64,000 nt of DNA from Candidatus Thorarchaeota archaeon (GTDB lineage Archaea > Asgardarchaeota > Thorarchaeia > Thorarchaeales > Thorarchaeaceae): NCBI GenBank assembly GCA_048884785.1, contig JBHLQM010000010.1, positions 1 to 64,000 of the forward strand, in the 5' to 3' direction. The position numbers were made by a program, and so were the translations under genes. Under the pieces are notes generated by a model, which did not search any database, was not told the origin of the DNA, and saw only the letters and a list, made by a program, of their open reading frames with translations. This document shows, one piece after another, positions 1 to 11,000 of this stretch. The first letter of the stretch is position 1, and every line of letters begins with the position of its first letter.

Positions 1-1490
1 TTTCCGAAAATAATGAGATAGTCTATTTGTCTGCTTTCCAAATAGTCTCGTAATTCAAATGAAGAAAAGTTCCCATGAGTGATATCAGGAGTAACTAGAC
101 CACAGATGTCAACAATAGTACGATTTGAAATGAATCTAATTGCTCCAACATCACACATCGCGATTGTAGCATTCTCAGGAGTGTTTTCTTTCACCCAATA
201 TCCAATATCAACTTGCATCTCATTGATATTCTTGGCTGCTATGCCAAAAACCTCAGATTGACGCATATAGAGGGGAATCGATGGAATAATGACGATTACA
301 ATGATTACGGCAGCAAGTGTGTATCTAAAAATGCGGGGTTTCTTGGGTGGCTTTGAAGTCATGATTTCATTATAGAATATCGCGAATCCTGCAATGCAGG
401 TTACTGCGAGAAAGGCAAAGATTGGGGTTAAGTATCTACTGTTGTTTATCAGAGCTTGATAAGGCATGGTAAATCGATATAGTAGAGTTAGGGCAATCCC
501 AAAAATCCAAACATACGGTTTCTGCTTCAAGAGTGTCAATACGCCCAAAAGCATACCCATAATCAAGAATGGCATTGTCCCGATAAATATGCTCCAAAAG
601 ATATTCCATGCCTCAACCTCAAAGGCAGTGACTGCATGAACTTTAGCATAGAATGTATCTGGCAATGGATAACCTGTGACTGAGTAGCAGTAGAGAATCC
701 ATGGAAGCACTACCAGACCAGCGGATACAATCATCAACGTTAATGATAAAAGAATTCGTCGGTTGATTTCTCTCCTTGAAATATGCTGAGCAATTCGTAT
801 TGGGAAAGCAATCAGTGCCAAGAGAATTCCTTCCGGTCGAGCCAGGAATGTAAGACCGGCAACGATTCCAAGAATGACATCAAACTGAGGTTCAGGTCTA
901 TCTAGAATGTACAGAGGTAGCAGCAGAAGGAATAGAAACAAAGGGTACTCCATTCCTGAAAGAATCAGCCATGTATTTGATGGAACAATGGCAAAGACCA
1001 CCATCGCAACATATCCAAAGATCTCCTTTCCTGAGAGCTTCATCACAAACCAGCCGATTATGTAGGAAGAAAGTACATAGAAAACCAATGAAACTATCAT
1101 TACTCCCCAAACAAGTGCAACAGTTTCAGATGTGAAAAAGAATAGACCAGACAAAACAATCGACCAAAGTGGACTTGTTGACCCTGTAGATGGGTACCCA
1201 TGAGAGTATTGCCAAGGCCGCCCTTCAAAAACAGAACGTGCATATTCCAGATGAATCCATGAGTCATCCAGTGTAAATCCAATGGTTGTGTAGCCTAGTT
1301 GCACAATTATGTAATGGATGCAGGTAGCCGATGTAGTAATGATTGCCCCAATGAAGAGCAGAATTTTGTCCCTGTTTTCAGTGACCTTCGATTTCCAGAT
1401 GCTTGCTGAGCCATCAGCCTTGTCATTACTAGAAGATTCATCTGATTTGCTTGATTCTTGATTTATGGATGCGTCTTTCTCCGAACTCAT
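1..1490 (-). CDS. GT-C fold integral membrane glycosyltransferase (PMT/ArnT-like), runs off the window edge
   Basis: Not in the ORF track because no stop lies in the window. Hand translation from ATG 1490 gives MSSEKD...GFTLDDSWIHLEYARSVFEGRPWQYSHGYPSTGSTSPLW (DD..I...YA and G.TSPLW motifs) followed by many hydrophobic segments. Confidence 0.7.
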   Translation of the reverse strand, partial: MSSEKDASINQESSKSDESSSNDKADGSASIWKSKVTENRDKILLFIGAIITTSATCIHYIIVQLGYTTIGFTLDDSWIHLEYARSVFEGRPWQYSHGYPSTGSTSPLWSIVLSGLFFFTSETVALVWGVMIVSLVFYVLSSYIIGWFVMKLSGKEIFGYVAMVVFAIVPSNTWLILSGMEYPLFLFLLLLPLYILDRPEPQFDVILGIVAGLTFLARPEGILLALIAFPIRIAQHISRREINRRILLSLTLMIVSAGLVVLPWILYCYSVTGYPLPDTFYAKVHAVTAFEVEAWNIFWSIFIGTMPFLIMGMLLGVLTLLKQKPYVWIFGIALTLLYRFTMPYQALINNSRYLTPIFAFLAVTCIAGFAIFYNEIMTSKPPKKPRIFRYTLAAVIIVIVIIPSIPLYMRQSEVFGIAAKNINEMQVDIGYWVKENTPENATIAMCDVGAIRFISNRTIVDICGLVTPDITHGNFSSFELRDYLESRQIDYLIIFG

Positions 1491-1725
1491 TTGCTCTCAT
1501 TCCAGTGCATCGAGTTACCTGATATAGGTCTATTCCTCGAAGAAATCGAATTTGCAAAAAACATGAGTTCTCGGAAACCAAATCAACCCGAATTTAGAAG
1601 CAAATTTACTTTCGGATAACTCTCTCCAGAACGGTAGTGTGCACTCAATCCCACACATATGCAAGAAAACTTCCAAAGCCATTCCTGAGATTCATTCCAT
1701 GGGACTAAAGTCCAGGGTGGATGCA

Positions 1726-2880
1726 ATGTCAACTGGCCAAACGACAATTACTCAGCTGCAGCTGGGGGATGCAGTTCGATCTAAAGACCTCTTAATGTAC
1801 AGCCCGCCAGGCATCACAGTAGAGACTGCTAAGTATCCCATCTTAATGGCTGGTGTACTAGCATCAACTCAACCACATGAGTTCCTCTCTATCTATGACC
1901 ACCCCACAGCCTGGAGAGGTCTTGACCGGGAGGCTATCTTCTCAATGCGTAGAAATCTCTACCGCTTGCTGATTCCCGCGGATGCTAGATCTTTAATCCC
2001 GCAGCACGCGATTGAAACCCTGCAGACAATCGCTCTCTCCGTTAGTCCCGTCGCTTTAGGCGTGGAGGCTGCCACCCTGCCCCCACGCCGTCTTCATACT
2101 TCTGGAGGAGATTTACCTGCCAGTCCATCTGTCATCATCAAATCATTGGAGATACTCTCAGATCCTGAGATAAGCAGAGTTGCTGAGAGAATAACTCAGA
2201 AGGATATCACTGCATCAGAAGCAATCATCCAGCTTTTCGAGTATGATTATGCACTCGAGCAGATAGTCCGAATGCTAGCCATAGGACTCCTCGGAAGGAA
2301 AGAGCACCGAAGACTTGTCCCCACCAAGAATGCGTTCAAAGTCGTTATCGACTCATTCATCGACAAAACGTTACTTGACTTATCCGAGCAACCATTCTCA
2401 ACTTCTATTAGTCTGCAAAAGTCTGAGCTTTTTGGTGATTCATTCATTATTGTTTCCATCCCCGGAGAAGCAAGAGTAGACTATTTCCGTGTAGAGATTG
2501 CTCCTGACAGAACAACACAAGGGTATAGCCTTGAGAGTAGGCAGCAGATTGCCTCTGACCCAAAGACCGCCCTCTTTGCATCCCATGCAAGATTTCCAGT
2601 TTATTCAGAGCTAAAATTGCGGAATGAGAATAGCCATAATATTATCTTTCATCTGAATCGAGATGGGAGGAATAATGCCATGGGACCCTGGCTACCGCGT
2701 GCTGGCGTGGAAAAGGCTCTCTGTGAGGAACCGGTAGTTCTTGATTCTACAAGCAACATGATTTCAATTCTCGAGTCACTAGTCTATCCTAATCTTGAAT
2801 TCTGGGCAAGGAATACACCATTAATGACTCGGCTTGGTATTTCTGCACCGAATCAAATTGAAACGCCAATAACAAGATAA
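1726..2880 (+). CDS. Divergent Nre-family (DUF650/DUF651) archaeal DNA repair protein
   Basis: SPPGITVETAKYP, YDHPTAW, IFSMRRNL and GLLG...RRLVPT resemble NreA motifs (SPPSVFVG..GYP, D.PE.W, RRLVPTRW). ORF 1639..2880; likely ATG 1726 after GGTGG. Confidence 0.65.
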   Translation: MSTGQTTITQLQLGDAVRSKDLLMYSPPGITVETAKYPILMAGVLASTQPHEFLSIYDHPTAWRGLDREAIFSMRRNLYRLLIPADARSLIPQHAIETLQTIALSVSPVALGVEAATLPPRRLHTSGGDLPASPSVIIKSLEILSDPEISRVAERITQKDITASEAIIQLFEYDYALEQIVRMLAIGLLGRKEHRRLVPTKNAFKVVIDSFIDKTLLDLSEQPFSTSISLQKSELFGDSFIIVSIPGEARVDYFRVEIAPDRTTQGYSLESRQQIASDPKTALFASHARFPVYSELKLRNENSHNIIFHLNRDGRNNAMGPWLPRAGVEKALCEEPVVLDSTSNMISILESLVYPNLEFWARNTPLMTRLGISAPNQIETPITR

Positions 2881-2889
2881 AGAAAGAAA

Positions 2890-2905
2890 GGGGGTTGCTA
2901 CCCCC
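2890..2905. terminator. Hairpin between convergent genes
   Basis: GGGGGT-TGCT-ACCCCC stem with an A-rich flank that reads as a U tract on the minus strand. Confidence 0.5.
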
Positions 2906-2912
2906 CATTTCT

Positions 2913-3881
2913 CTAAACTTTCTCCTTTGCTTCTTTTCTCGAGATGCCCTTGTACAACAAAGCTAGCCCAAGTATTGATAGAAGCCCACCGGAAACTAGT
3001 CCTCCAGCAGGAAGTAGGGTTATTCCAAGCACTCCAAGAGCGAGTGTGATCAGCCCAATACCTGCAAGAAGAAGTATTAATCCAAATCCAACTCCTGCTG
3101 CTCGAAATGCCATGGACCGTGGATACTTGCTTTCGATGACATAACCAGTGGATGCTGCCACTGAGGCCTTGTACTTGCCATTGCCATAACGATACTCGAG
3201 TTCCCAAACTGGGACATGAATCAGGAAGGTTTCTCCGACATTGATGTTGTCGTTTCTTGACTCGACCTTATCGACCTCCTGCATTATGAGATTGGTCTGT
3301 AGATCTATGGCACGTTGTCGAGCCATTGTCCTTGCTTGGTCCTCAGAAATCTGGCTGTGGAGAACCTGCCCGCCAAATTCCTCTGCATGCGCATGACTGA
3401 AGTATTCTTTTGCACGCGTCGGAATCGGATGAGCTTGGATATCAGGATCAACATTGGATACTGCAGCCGTCCTTACTTCATGACGGCGAGTAAAGCGTCC
3501 AGACTCGGGTTTCCAGAAGAAGTCGATTCTCTTGTATGCACCTCTTCTCTGGGGCCACTCGTCATAGAAGTTCGCATCTTTTCCAAGGCCACTGTACGTA
3601 CTGTCCGCGTCAACACGGCTTATCCAGAAAGGATACCAAATCTGCTTGTACCCGACAAATCTTGCCTTTGCAGATAGATCATCAGGAGCTCCTAATTGCT
3701 TGGAGCACCAGTCAAGCAGTGTGACCTGGGATTCTGATTGATCGAAATGAACCCGTATCATATAATGGTCCTTGAACTTGGCACCCTCAATTGTCTGGGC
3801 AGTACCACAATAAGGACACACTAGTAGAAGGTCTCCGGGTCCGGCTTCAAAACTCGCATCACAAAATGCACATTTAGCCAT
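2913..3881 (-). CDS. Zn-ribbon membrane protein (YdjG-like)
   Basis: N-terminal CAFC...CPYCG, conserved YPFW and HVPVW...Y.Y motifs, two C-terminal TM helices. Confidence 0.65.
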   Translation of the reverse strand: MAKCAFCDASFEAGPGDLLLVCPYCGTAQTIEGAKFKDHYMIRVHFDQSESQVTLLDWCSKQLGAPDDLSAKARFVGYKQIWYPFWISRVDADSTYSGLGKDANFYDEWPQRRGAYKRIDFFWKPESGRFTRRHEVRTAAVSNVDPDIQAHPIPTRAKEYFSHAHAEEFGGQVLHSQISEDQARTMARQRAIDLQTNLIMQEVDKVESRNDNINVGETFLIHVPVWELEYRYGNGKYKASVAASTGYVIESKYPRSMAFRAAGVGFGLILLLAGIGLITLALGVLGITLLPAGGLVSGGLLSILGLALLYKGISRKEAKEKV

Positions 3882-3885
3882 GATA

Positions 3886-4917
3886 TCACCCCTTCTTCTC
3901 CCGCTGAGTCATCAGCAATACTCTGAACCCGAAGAAGGCCATGAGTATTCCAATGAGAGCTGCTGCACCTCCTCCAATAATGAATGTAACAGCATCCTCC
4001 AGTTCCATTCCGTATGCTAGAATCTCGGCACCTACACCAGCGAGAATGATACCTATTAGACCTACGAGGGCCCACATTGCTCGTTGACCCTTGGTGATTG
4101 GGATTTCTCCCAACACAACTTTGCCTGTGTGGCCATCAATGGCGCATTTGTAAAGATCACCCTGAAACTTGTACCTGACAAGAGAGAAAGGTGACTGCAG
4201 GTATGTGGTGCCTCGCACGTTAGTGGTTGTTCGGCAGTCAAAGAGTTCGGCAAGACCACTTCTTGCCTGACTACGATGACGGTCTGCAACCTTTCCATGC
4301 ACTGCTTTCTCATACTCTTCCATTCCAATCTCTGCGTTTAGTATCGCAGGTTCTAAATCTTTGATTTTCGAGAAGTTGTAGGGCTCCGTTCGCTTGAGAT
4401 CTATCTTCTCGAGATATTCCTCCAGACCATAAAGCCTGGCTCCTTTCCGTGCAAGCATTGGCTCATTAGTATCCGTGTGGATTTCATCCTGCACTGGAAC
4501 ATATCCTGTTTCATACTCCGTTACAGTTCTGGTCTGTGTATTTCCTTCACTGTCACGATATGTTTCCTGTCGTTGGACAGGAACTTGAACAGTCTTGTAG
4601 CCTTTATACCATGAGTCAGCTTTTACCTTAGCGGTCCAGACCGGCACATAGATGAGTCTGTTCTCGACGACTTGAGCTCCTTTAACAAGGGATTTGTTGA
4701 GGCCCTTATTTTTGTCTAGGAACCCGCGGAAATTTTGTAGACGCTCGTCGGCATCTACAGCAGATTCCATCAAGTGGTCGCCAATATCCTTGCCTTCAAT
4801 TGTGGTAGTATTTCCACAATAATTGCAAGTTATAACAACATCATCCGGACCGGTCTTTACATTGCCATTGCAGACCGGACACTTGAACATGTCCGCTGCT
4901 TGTGCCTCCGATCCCAT
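3886..4917 (-). CDS. Zn-ribbon membrane protein (YdjG-like), tandem paralog
   Basis: CPVC...CNYCG, YVPVW, IDGHTGKV..GE.P and two C-terminal TMs. Likely ATG 4917 after AGGAG. Confidence 0.65.
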   Translation of the reverse strand: MGSEAQAADMFKCPVCNGNVKTGPDDVVITCNYCGNTTTIEGKDIGDHLMESAVDADERLQNFRGFLDKNKGLNKSLVKGAQVVENRLIYVPVWTAKVKADSWYKGYKTVQVPVQRQETYRDSEGNTQTRTVTEYETGYVPVQDEIHTDTNEPMLARKGARLYGLEEYLEKIDLKRTEPYNFSKIKDLEPAILNAEIGMEEYEKAVHGKVADRHRSQARSGLAELFDCRTTTNVRGTTYLQSPFSLVRYKFQGDLYKCAIDGHTGKVVLGEIPITKGQRAMWALVGLIGIILAGVGAEILAYGMELEDAVTFIIGGGAAALIGILMAFFGFRVLLMTQREKKG

Positions 4918-5018
4918 AATTGATAACTCCTGAATGTGAGTCGATGCCATCTGCTCAGGAATTCTATTTAGCATTGTGGTGATTAATACTAGAAACATGC
5001 TTGCCTGAAGTCTGAGGT

Positions 5019-8000
5019 TCATGAGTCCCATTCAACAGATAGTGAATCTATACTTCCTTTTAGCTTCCTTCGAAGAATCAGACCAATGACTCCAAGCACT
5101 GCTCCTCCGCTGACAACTGGAAATGTACCTACATCCATCTCAAGTGAGGTCAGTAGTACTGAAATCATAATGTCTTTTGATGCATTTGTCATACCAATAA
5201 TAGGGATTTGCTCAACAAAGGCAAGTATCCTATAGAGGCCTTCACTATTTGGGGTGAAATACACTTCTTTGGATGATACGGCAGATACTCCTGCTTGAAC
5301 TGTCTTCGATACTTCTCCATAGGGATCTATGATTTGGATAATGAGTGTTCCAATCCAGTCATATCGTGCTCCTTGAATATCAATAGCAACGATTATTGAT
5401 CCATTAACTCCAACGTATAATGACTTGCCAATTGAGATATCTACAACAGGAGAAGGTTCAATGATAAAATACAGAGTTCGAGTGCTGGCTGCATATCTCT
5501 CGTTTCCAGCATAGGAGACTACTACTGTGTAATTACCAGCAAACTCAGGAACAATGTCAATTTGAGCCAATCCTCGGATATCTGTAACGAGCGAGTATGA
5601 ATTTGCCTCAAGACTATTCAGATATAGCAGCACCACTAGTGATGCACCAGAAACCTTGCCTAGGCCCCCGGATAGAGTGACCATCAATCTAAGACTATGA
5701 GGGTATACGCTTCCTTCTGGAAGGGTGATATCCATGTTAGTTTCATATCTTGTTAGTACTATCAATGAAAGATTGGAATAGCCCCTGAATGCATCCTCCT
5801 CAAATTCAATAAACAGAGAGTAGTTGCCTACCATGGATGGTATCCAAGAAACAGAAACAGACCCCGTTTTGGCAATAACTAGTGTTCTCGTTGTTAGGAT
5901 ATTTCCATACACTTCCTTCCCACTCGGATCATAGAGACTGATATACACGTGTGCGTCTTCTATTGAAGTCCCAAGTGAATCGACTATCATTAGATCTATA
6001 CTATGAAGTTGACCAATAAGACCATTCAAACCACTCTCGATAATGTCTATCTTGGTTGTTGCTGTTATATTGAAAGAGAAGACTCTAGTGGTTCCAAGCC
6101 TACCCACCGTAGTCGGCAGCGTTGCGTTTAGTTCGTATTCACCGACCTGAAGTCCAAGAATAGATAGTTTCAGTTTATCACTGGAGATTACCAAACGGCT
6201 ACCAATCTCTATGGAAACACCATTTCGTAGCAAATCTAGAATAATATTTGCCGGGGTGAGGATTGAGTCAAGCTCGTCAAGAATGAAAATGGTAATATTT
6301 TGATTTAGAGACCTATCAATTGAAACATCTCCGGCAATTGAGATTGCACTTGTTCCCATGACAAAAACCGAAAGAGCGGTTGATGATGGATGGTAGTGTA
6401 CGGTGCCAGCAAATGAGAACAGAATTGTATAATTGCCATACCTATCAAGCGTTATCTCCAGAATCTCAGGAGTCTGTCCAATTTGAACAAAAGAGTCCTG
6501 ATACAATAGACCATGAGAATCATGATACACTTGATAGCGAACGGTCCTACCTTCCAGTGGAGTCCCGCCTGTGTCCTCTAGGAGCACAGCAACTGCTAGA
6601 GGAGTAACTCCTGCTACCAGAGTTTCATTAGTGATACGTGAAACGAATATTTGAGTCCCGTAGCGGACATCTACATCCTCAGTTATTGTCGCTGGTAGGT
6701 AAACTCCAACGCCATCAAAGTGTGCCGAAATTTGCCAAAGCCCCTCTTGGTCCACTGCTGGTGTCCACTCAACATGACCTGTGGAATTCGTTATCAAATC
6801 CACGGGTCCTAAAATCGTACCCAAGGATAATGTCACTGTTCGACCGATTAGAGGATCTCCGTAGTAGTTGGACAACAATACTACTACTTTGAGATTCTCT
6901 CCTACTTCAAGATCATTGACTATGCTAACAAACTCAAGACTAGTAGGATTGTGAACAATGTGGTAAGCTTCGTAATAGAAGGAGTGTACAGCAATGTTGC
7001 CAGACGATTCAACTATGACTTGATATGACCCAGAGTATTGAGGTGTGAATTCAATCTTGGCAATACCATTCACTGTGGTCAGGGCTACCCAATTTGTAAA
7101 TGTTCCAAGTTTTACGGGCTGACCAAGATAATTAAGATAGACACGTACCTGCAAACCATCAATAGGACCACCCAAGTCATCAATGCATTCTATACTGATG
7201 TTCAAATTGCCTCCGAGAGAGGCCGGTGCTGGCTCTAATTCTACGGCAAGTGTGCAGTGTGTTTTGACAACAATCTCTTCCTGAGTTTCACCGCCAATCA
7301 GGAGTTGGTCTTCAGAAGGCGCGACTCGAATTGTAAGAACTCCAATCACGTCTGTGGGAGTATAAGAACTAACTGCGAATCCAGATGTATTCGTGAAAGC
7401 CACCTGCGACCAAATCGAAACTAGGTCTACATCAAGGACCTCGAATAGGACTTCAATACCTGAAGGGCTCGTCGAGGAAGTTATTTGGTAAATGAAGACA
7501 GAGGTATTCCCAAGGTCCAAGACATCGGGCTGAATTTGCAAAACCCCGCTAACTTGCTCCATTATTGAAATCGATGATTGAATCAAGCCTGCAAGAACAT
7601 ATGAATCTCCTGAGTAGCTTAACTCAACTATAGCGATTCCTCGTTGATTAGGAGTCCAGTGGATTGTCGACAAACCAGTAGTAGAAGGCAAAAGGGATTC
7701 AAAAACGGTGTTTCCATCAACGGAAATCACAATCCGGAGATTCCTGCCCGAAAGCCATTGATCTAGCCCATCAAGTATTCCTATTTGAATAGTGACCTGT
7801 GAGCCGAGTAGGGCTGTAGGAGATAGGGTGAGTATTAGCACAGGATCTGTTAGCACTCTTTGAACAACTTGACTACTGGTTGAGTTGTTCAATCCTGTAC
7901 CCTGATAGATTACAAGAATAATGAAATCACCCAGATTGTTGAATGTATAGGCAAATGCACAGGTCCCATCATATCCAGTTGTACGAGTTCCTGACAAGAT

Positions 8001-11000
8001 TATGGTTCCATTTGATATCTTCACAAAGTATTGGATAGTTGCTCCATTCATAGGTGTGGAATTCCAATCTACAAGAAATGCCTGGAATCCTACAGTTGTA
8101 CCTTGATCAACAGGGAGACCATTAAAATCAATGCTAATCGTTGTTCTTCCCAAAACACTGTATAGGCGCTGAGTATCACACGCAAGGATCCATCCCTGAG
8201 CGGCAATGGATACTTGAATTGATAATATACCTGGTGAGTTCAGATTAGTTGAGTGGAGTACAATACCATTTGATGGTGTAGTGTTGTATTTATCAATTAT
8301 AATCAATCCATCAAGCAAAACAAGGGTATAAACATCTATACCCTCGATTGGATTTGCTGTTGTATCAACAACTGCAACTGAAATTGCACTGGTTGATGGG
8401 GCAATTGCATCATCGAGAAGCTGAATTGAAACGATTACGGCTTCATACACTCCGATGTAGCACAAACACAATGCACTGGAATAAATCGGAGTCTGCTGAC
8501 TGGAGAGGCTAATGCTATTTTGCCCTCTAACTGTTGGTATCCAGGAAATGTTAAGAAAACCTCCGGCCGTATTGCCAGATGTTGAGAAAACAATACTCCC
8601 TTGCGGGTCTCTGACCACAAACATGATCTGAAGACCACTAACTCCTGCTCCCAGATGATTACTAGCCTGTATCAGGCTCCATCCTCCAGCGCCCACTTCA
8701 TACCCGGAAGAACCAGCAATAGAGAGAGTAACAGGTACCCGGAGAAAACTCTGCATGGAGTCTTGAACAGATTGTCTTGAAGAAGAACCAGCATATTCCA
8801 GCAGTATTTGATAGGAACCAGGACTTGCGGCCTTCCACTGGTAGGAGCAACCCCCAGTTGTGTTCGTCGTCAGAGTTGTATCAATAATTGTTGTTGATGG
8901 AACGTAAACAATTCTCAAAGATACAGGCACACCAATAACAGGTGCTCCCTCAGAGTCTTGAAGAATTGCCCAGATAGTCCAAGTGGTGTTGATTAGGCCA
9001 TCTGATGGAATTCCTCCAGATGATAGAGTGCTGGAGGACCAGGAAATGACAATAACGCTGGTTGAAGTTTCAATCAGATATCCTGAGCCATAGAAAGTTG
9101 CATTGAAGAGATAATTTCCATTCTCGCTCAGGAGAATATACAAGGATATCTGTCCTGTGCTATTTGATACGAGGAAGCCATCATACAATACACTCATTGA
9201 TGGAGATAAAACACGTACATGCAAATTCAGATTTGCGAGATATTCTCCATTCGGTGTCGATATAGATGAGCTGAATTTTACAGTGTCATATTGACTATAC
9301 AGTCCAGCAACATCCCAGTGAATTTCAGTATTCTCAAATACACCAATAGATCCAATAAATGAAGAACTCTCCAATGTGCCATTTCTTTGAAATATGAGCC
9401 TGAATGAATAGTTGCCTCTAGCTGAGGGAATCCATTGAAATTCTCCGCCTAGTGAAGTTGAGATCAGGGTATCAGTATGGATTATTTGATGGGACGAATC
9501 TTCTACCAGCAGTCCCACACTTTGGCCGGGAATCAATGTTCCATTCTCTTGGAAATGGAGAGACCATGAGATATTCACATAATTGTCAACAGTACCAATG
9601 AGCGCTTCAGTGGCGGTGATGTAGGTTAGATACGCCGCCTGAATGGAAACAGGTTTCTGCAATTCCAAAATGTCACATAACGAGTTGTTAAGATATACGG
9701 TGATGTTGTGGTCTCCAGAACTGAAATCATCTGTAGGTATAGAGAAGGAGAACGGACTTGAAACATAGTATGTCCATTGCTGATATTGAGAAAGATCGCC
9801 GAGTCGAATAATCACCTGTGTGGTTCCAGCATCAGCTCCCGATTCGAGATTCCATGTTGCCGTCCCATTTATCTGGTCACCCTGAAACACGCTGAGAGTT
9901 TCGAGTGAAAGACTTCCTACGAGCACTCCCTCGATGACCAACATCGCACGGTCATATGACCTGGATGAGCTTCGATCCCAGACCATCAGGGAAATATTAT
10001 GAGGCCCTAGAACCGAAAATCCACCTGGAATTTCCAGAGATATTGTGTCGGTATTCGCTACATTCTTGAACTCGGTCCATTCATCGAAGGCCCACACGTA
10101 GACAGTATGCATTGCCAACGGTGATGATATGGAAATGAAAATATCCGCTAGAGTACCTTCTTCAGTCGTTGGATTCACTGATGCATTAATTATTGAGCCA
10201 TCAGGTGCAAACAGGGCAGGTCGGAGACCAAGGATTGAAAGCATTTCCAATACACCTGCTGTGTAAATTGGCTGCCAGAGCGGAGTGGAGTTTAGCCAGC
10301 CATCTGAAAATGGCGCAGGACCTAGAGCATCAAGAATCTGCTGTCTATCTATAATTTCAAGACTTATGGGATACGAAGTGTTTAGAAGTGCAAGGGCTGC
10401 AACATCCCTACTCAGAGCCCATAGATCATCATATTGGATTCTCGAAGCAATAGTTGCGCCAATCTCAGAAGCCATCATAGAATCAATGATTCCAAGGCGG
10501 AGAGCGGCTCTCGTACTCAGCCAGTCTATTGAAGACTTGTCCGCAGCAAATGGAAGAACAGTCCATCCAGATGAATCCCAAGTACCGGAGGAGTACTCTG
10601 AGAGCAATGCCGTCTCTAATGCACTTCGATACTGTATCGTATCGAGAGAGCCTATTAGATAGAGGGCTTCGATTGCAGCAACACTACTTTGCATGTGGGC
10701 TGTACCACCAAGCGATGCTGGCTTATAGTGGCCTGAGATTTGCTGACATTGAGCCAAGTAGCTCACTGCATCTCCAATGACATCGCCTGAGATTGTACTG
10801 CCTGTAGATGACAATGCTGACAAACCAAAATAATGCGACCATACTCCTTTTGCATTGTACTGATCAATCCAATACTCACGTGCCAAATAGGCTGAAAGAT
10901 TATTCCACAGAGGATACTGAGCCCAGGAAGAAAAAAGCGACAAGTACAACTCAACAGCTTGGTTATCTACAATACTTCCACCATGTGACCACCTTGATAT

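Noticed and set aside
79-1282. Short ORFs 79..261, 898..1110 and 1100..1282 in the track
   Set aside because: They are shadows of the long minus-strand glycosyltransferase frame 1..1490.
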